Assembly (NCBI GenBank): GCA_020852855.1 | Contig: JADZAA010000049.1 | Span: 3,449 to 67,448 of the forward strand | Direction of reading: 5' to 3' | DNA: 64,000 nt | Source of the DNA: Bacteroidota bacterium | GTDB taxonomy: Bacteria > Bacteroidota > Ignavibacteria > Kapaibacteriales > UBA961 | Shown: piece after piece, positions 63,701 to 64,000 of the stretch | Position numbering within the stretch: the first letter of the stretch is position 1 | How the letters are laid out: each line of letters opens with the position of its first letter | The notes under the pieces: model-generated | The model's database searches: none | Seen by the model: the letters and a program-made list of their open reading frames with translations, nothing else | Told to the model about the DNA's origin: nothing | Position numbers and translations under genes: made by a program

Positions 63701-64000
63701 GCAATTATACGTAATTGAGCAGCAAATTTTTCGGCATTTTCCCGAGCGCGTTCGGCAAAGTCCGCACCCGAAGAAGCATAAATAATTTGCCGCGATACAT
63801 TAACCAATGCCGATTCGCCGCCGTTGGCGGCTAATACCTCATCCGGCGCACCGCCTTGAGTTCCAACGCCGGGAATGAGCAGAACAGATTTTGTATAAGA
63901 GCGTATCTCGGCCAAATCGGACGGATGAGTGGCACCGACCACAAATCCTATTTCGCCTGCGCCCCGGTATTCGCAACAACGTTCTATAACTTTACGGTAA
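63697..64000 (-). CDS. pyrF: Orotidine-5'-phosphate decarboxylase, 3' part (the 5' end lies beyond the window)
   Basis: C-terminal LLIPGVGTQGG phosphate-binding loop of type 2 PyrF. The reading frame is open to the window end. Confidence 0.55.
   Translation of the reverse strand, partial: YRKVIERCCEYRGAGEIGFVVGATHPSDLAEIRSYTKSVLLIPGVGTQGGAPDEVLAANGGESALVNVSRQIIYASSGADFAERARENAEKFAAQLRIIA

Overview
The 64-kb window is densely coding and looks like a chromosomal region of an FCB-group bacterium (Bacteroidota/Ignavibacteria-like). I base that on three proteins ending in T9SS (Por) C-terminal sorting domains, SprB-type repeats, a DUF2723 membrane protein, a Sec-type clade II nosZ, and a mix of SD and non-SD translation starts. 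I see no rRNA, tRNA or CRISPR array, and no transposase or integrase, so nothing points to a mobile island.

The clearest functional unit is a complete clade II nitrous-oxide reductase cluster on the minus strand (16.8-23.3 kb): nosC-like cytochrome c, nosZ, nosB-like membrane protein, nosL, nosD, nosF, nosY. The genes are linked by 4-nt ATGA overlaps, and an FNR/CRP-like palindrome sits in the divergent promoter region.

The rest of the window holds:
- Polyamine genes: a deoxyhypusine-synthase-like fragment and an arginase.
- hpf and hprK.
- A sensor histidine kinase.
- A thermolysin-family (M4) T9SS protease.
- An NlpC/P60 peptidase with a poly-lysine N-terminus.
- A family 5 ABC substrate-binding protein.
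- An AtuA-like (DUF1446) gene overlapping a GT2 glycosyltransferase.
- A fasciclin lipoprotein.
- A CarbPepD_reg/redoxin locus broken by a frameshift and an in-frame TGA.
- hutU, an ECF sigma factor, and a fused alcohol dehydrogenase plus Gfo/Idh/MocA oxidoreductase.
- ftsK, and an orphan nuoC.
- A two-gene operon of giant secreted proteins (1395 aa and 661 aa with FN3 repeats).
- plsY, an orphan NMT1-like binding protein, and a V4R-domain protein paired with a 63-aa ORF.
- An ABC-F ATPase co-transcribed with an inactive M16 peptidase.
- A Gly-rich SprB-repeat T9SS protein full of GGC/CCG microsatellites.
- A GCS2/YbdK carboxylate-amine ligase, plsC, glutamate dehydrogenase, and hisC.
- A NYN plus cold-shock-domain fusion.
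- An envelope glycosylation group: GT39/ArnT-like, phosphohexomutase, a PHA-system-like small protein, and DUF2723.
- An OmpA-family protein and the 3' end of pyrF.

The best candidates for novel biology are the giant secreted-protein operon, the V4R plus small-ORF pair, the NYN-CSD fusion, the broken redoxin gene, and the hypervariable Gly-rich adhesin.
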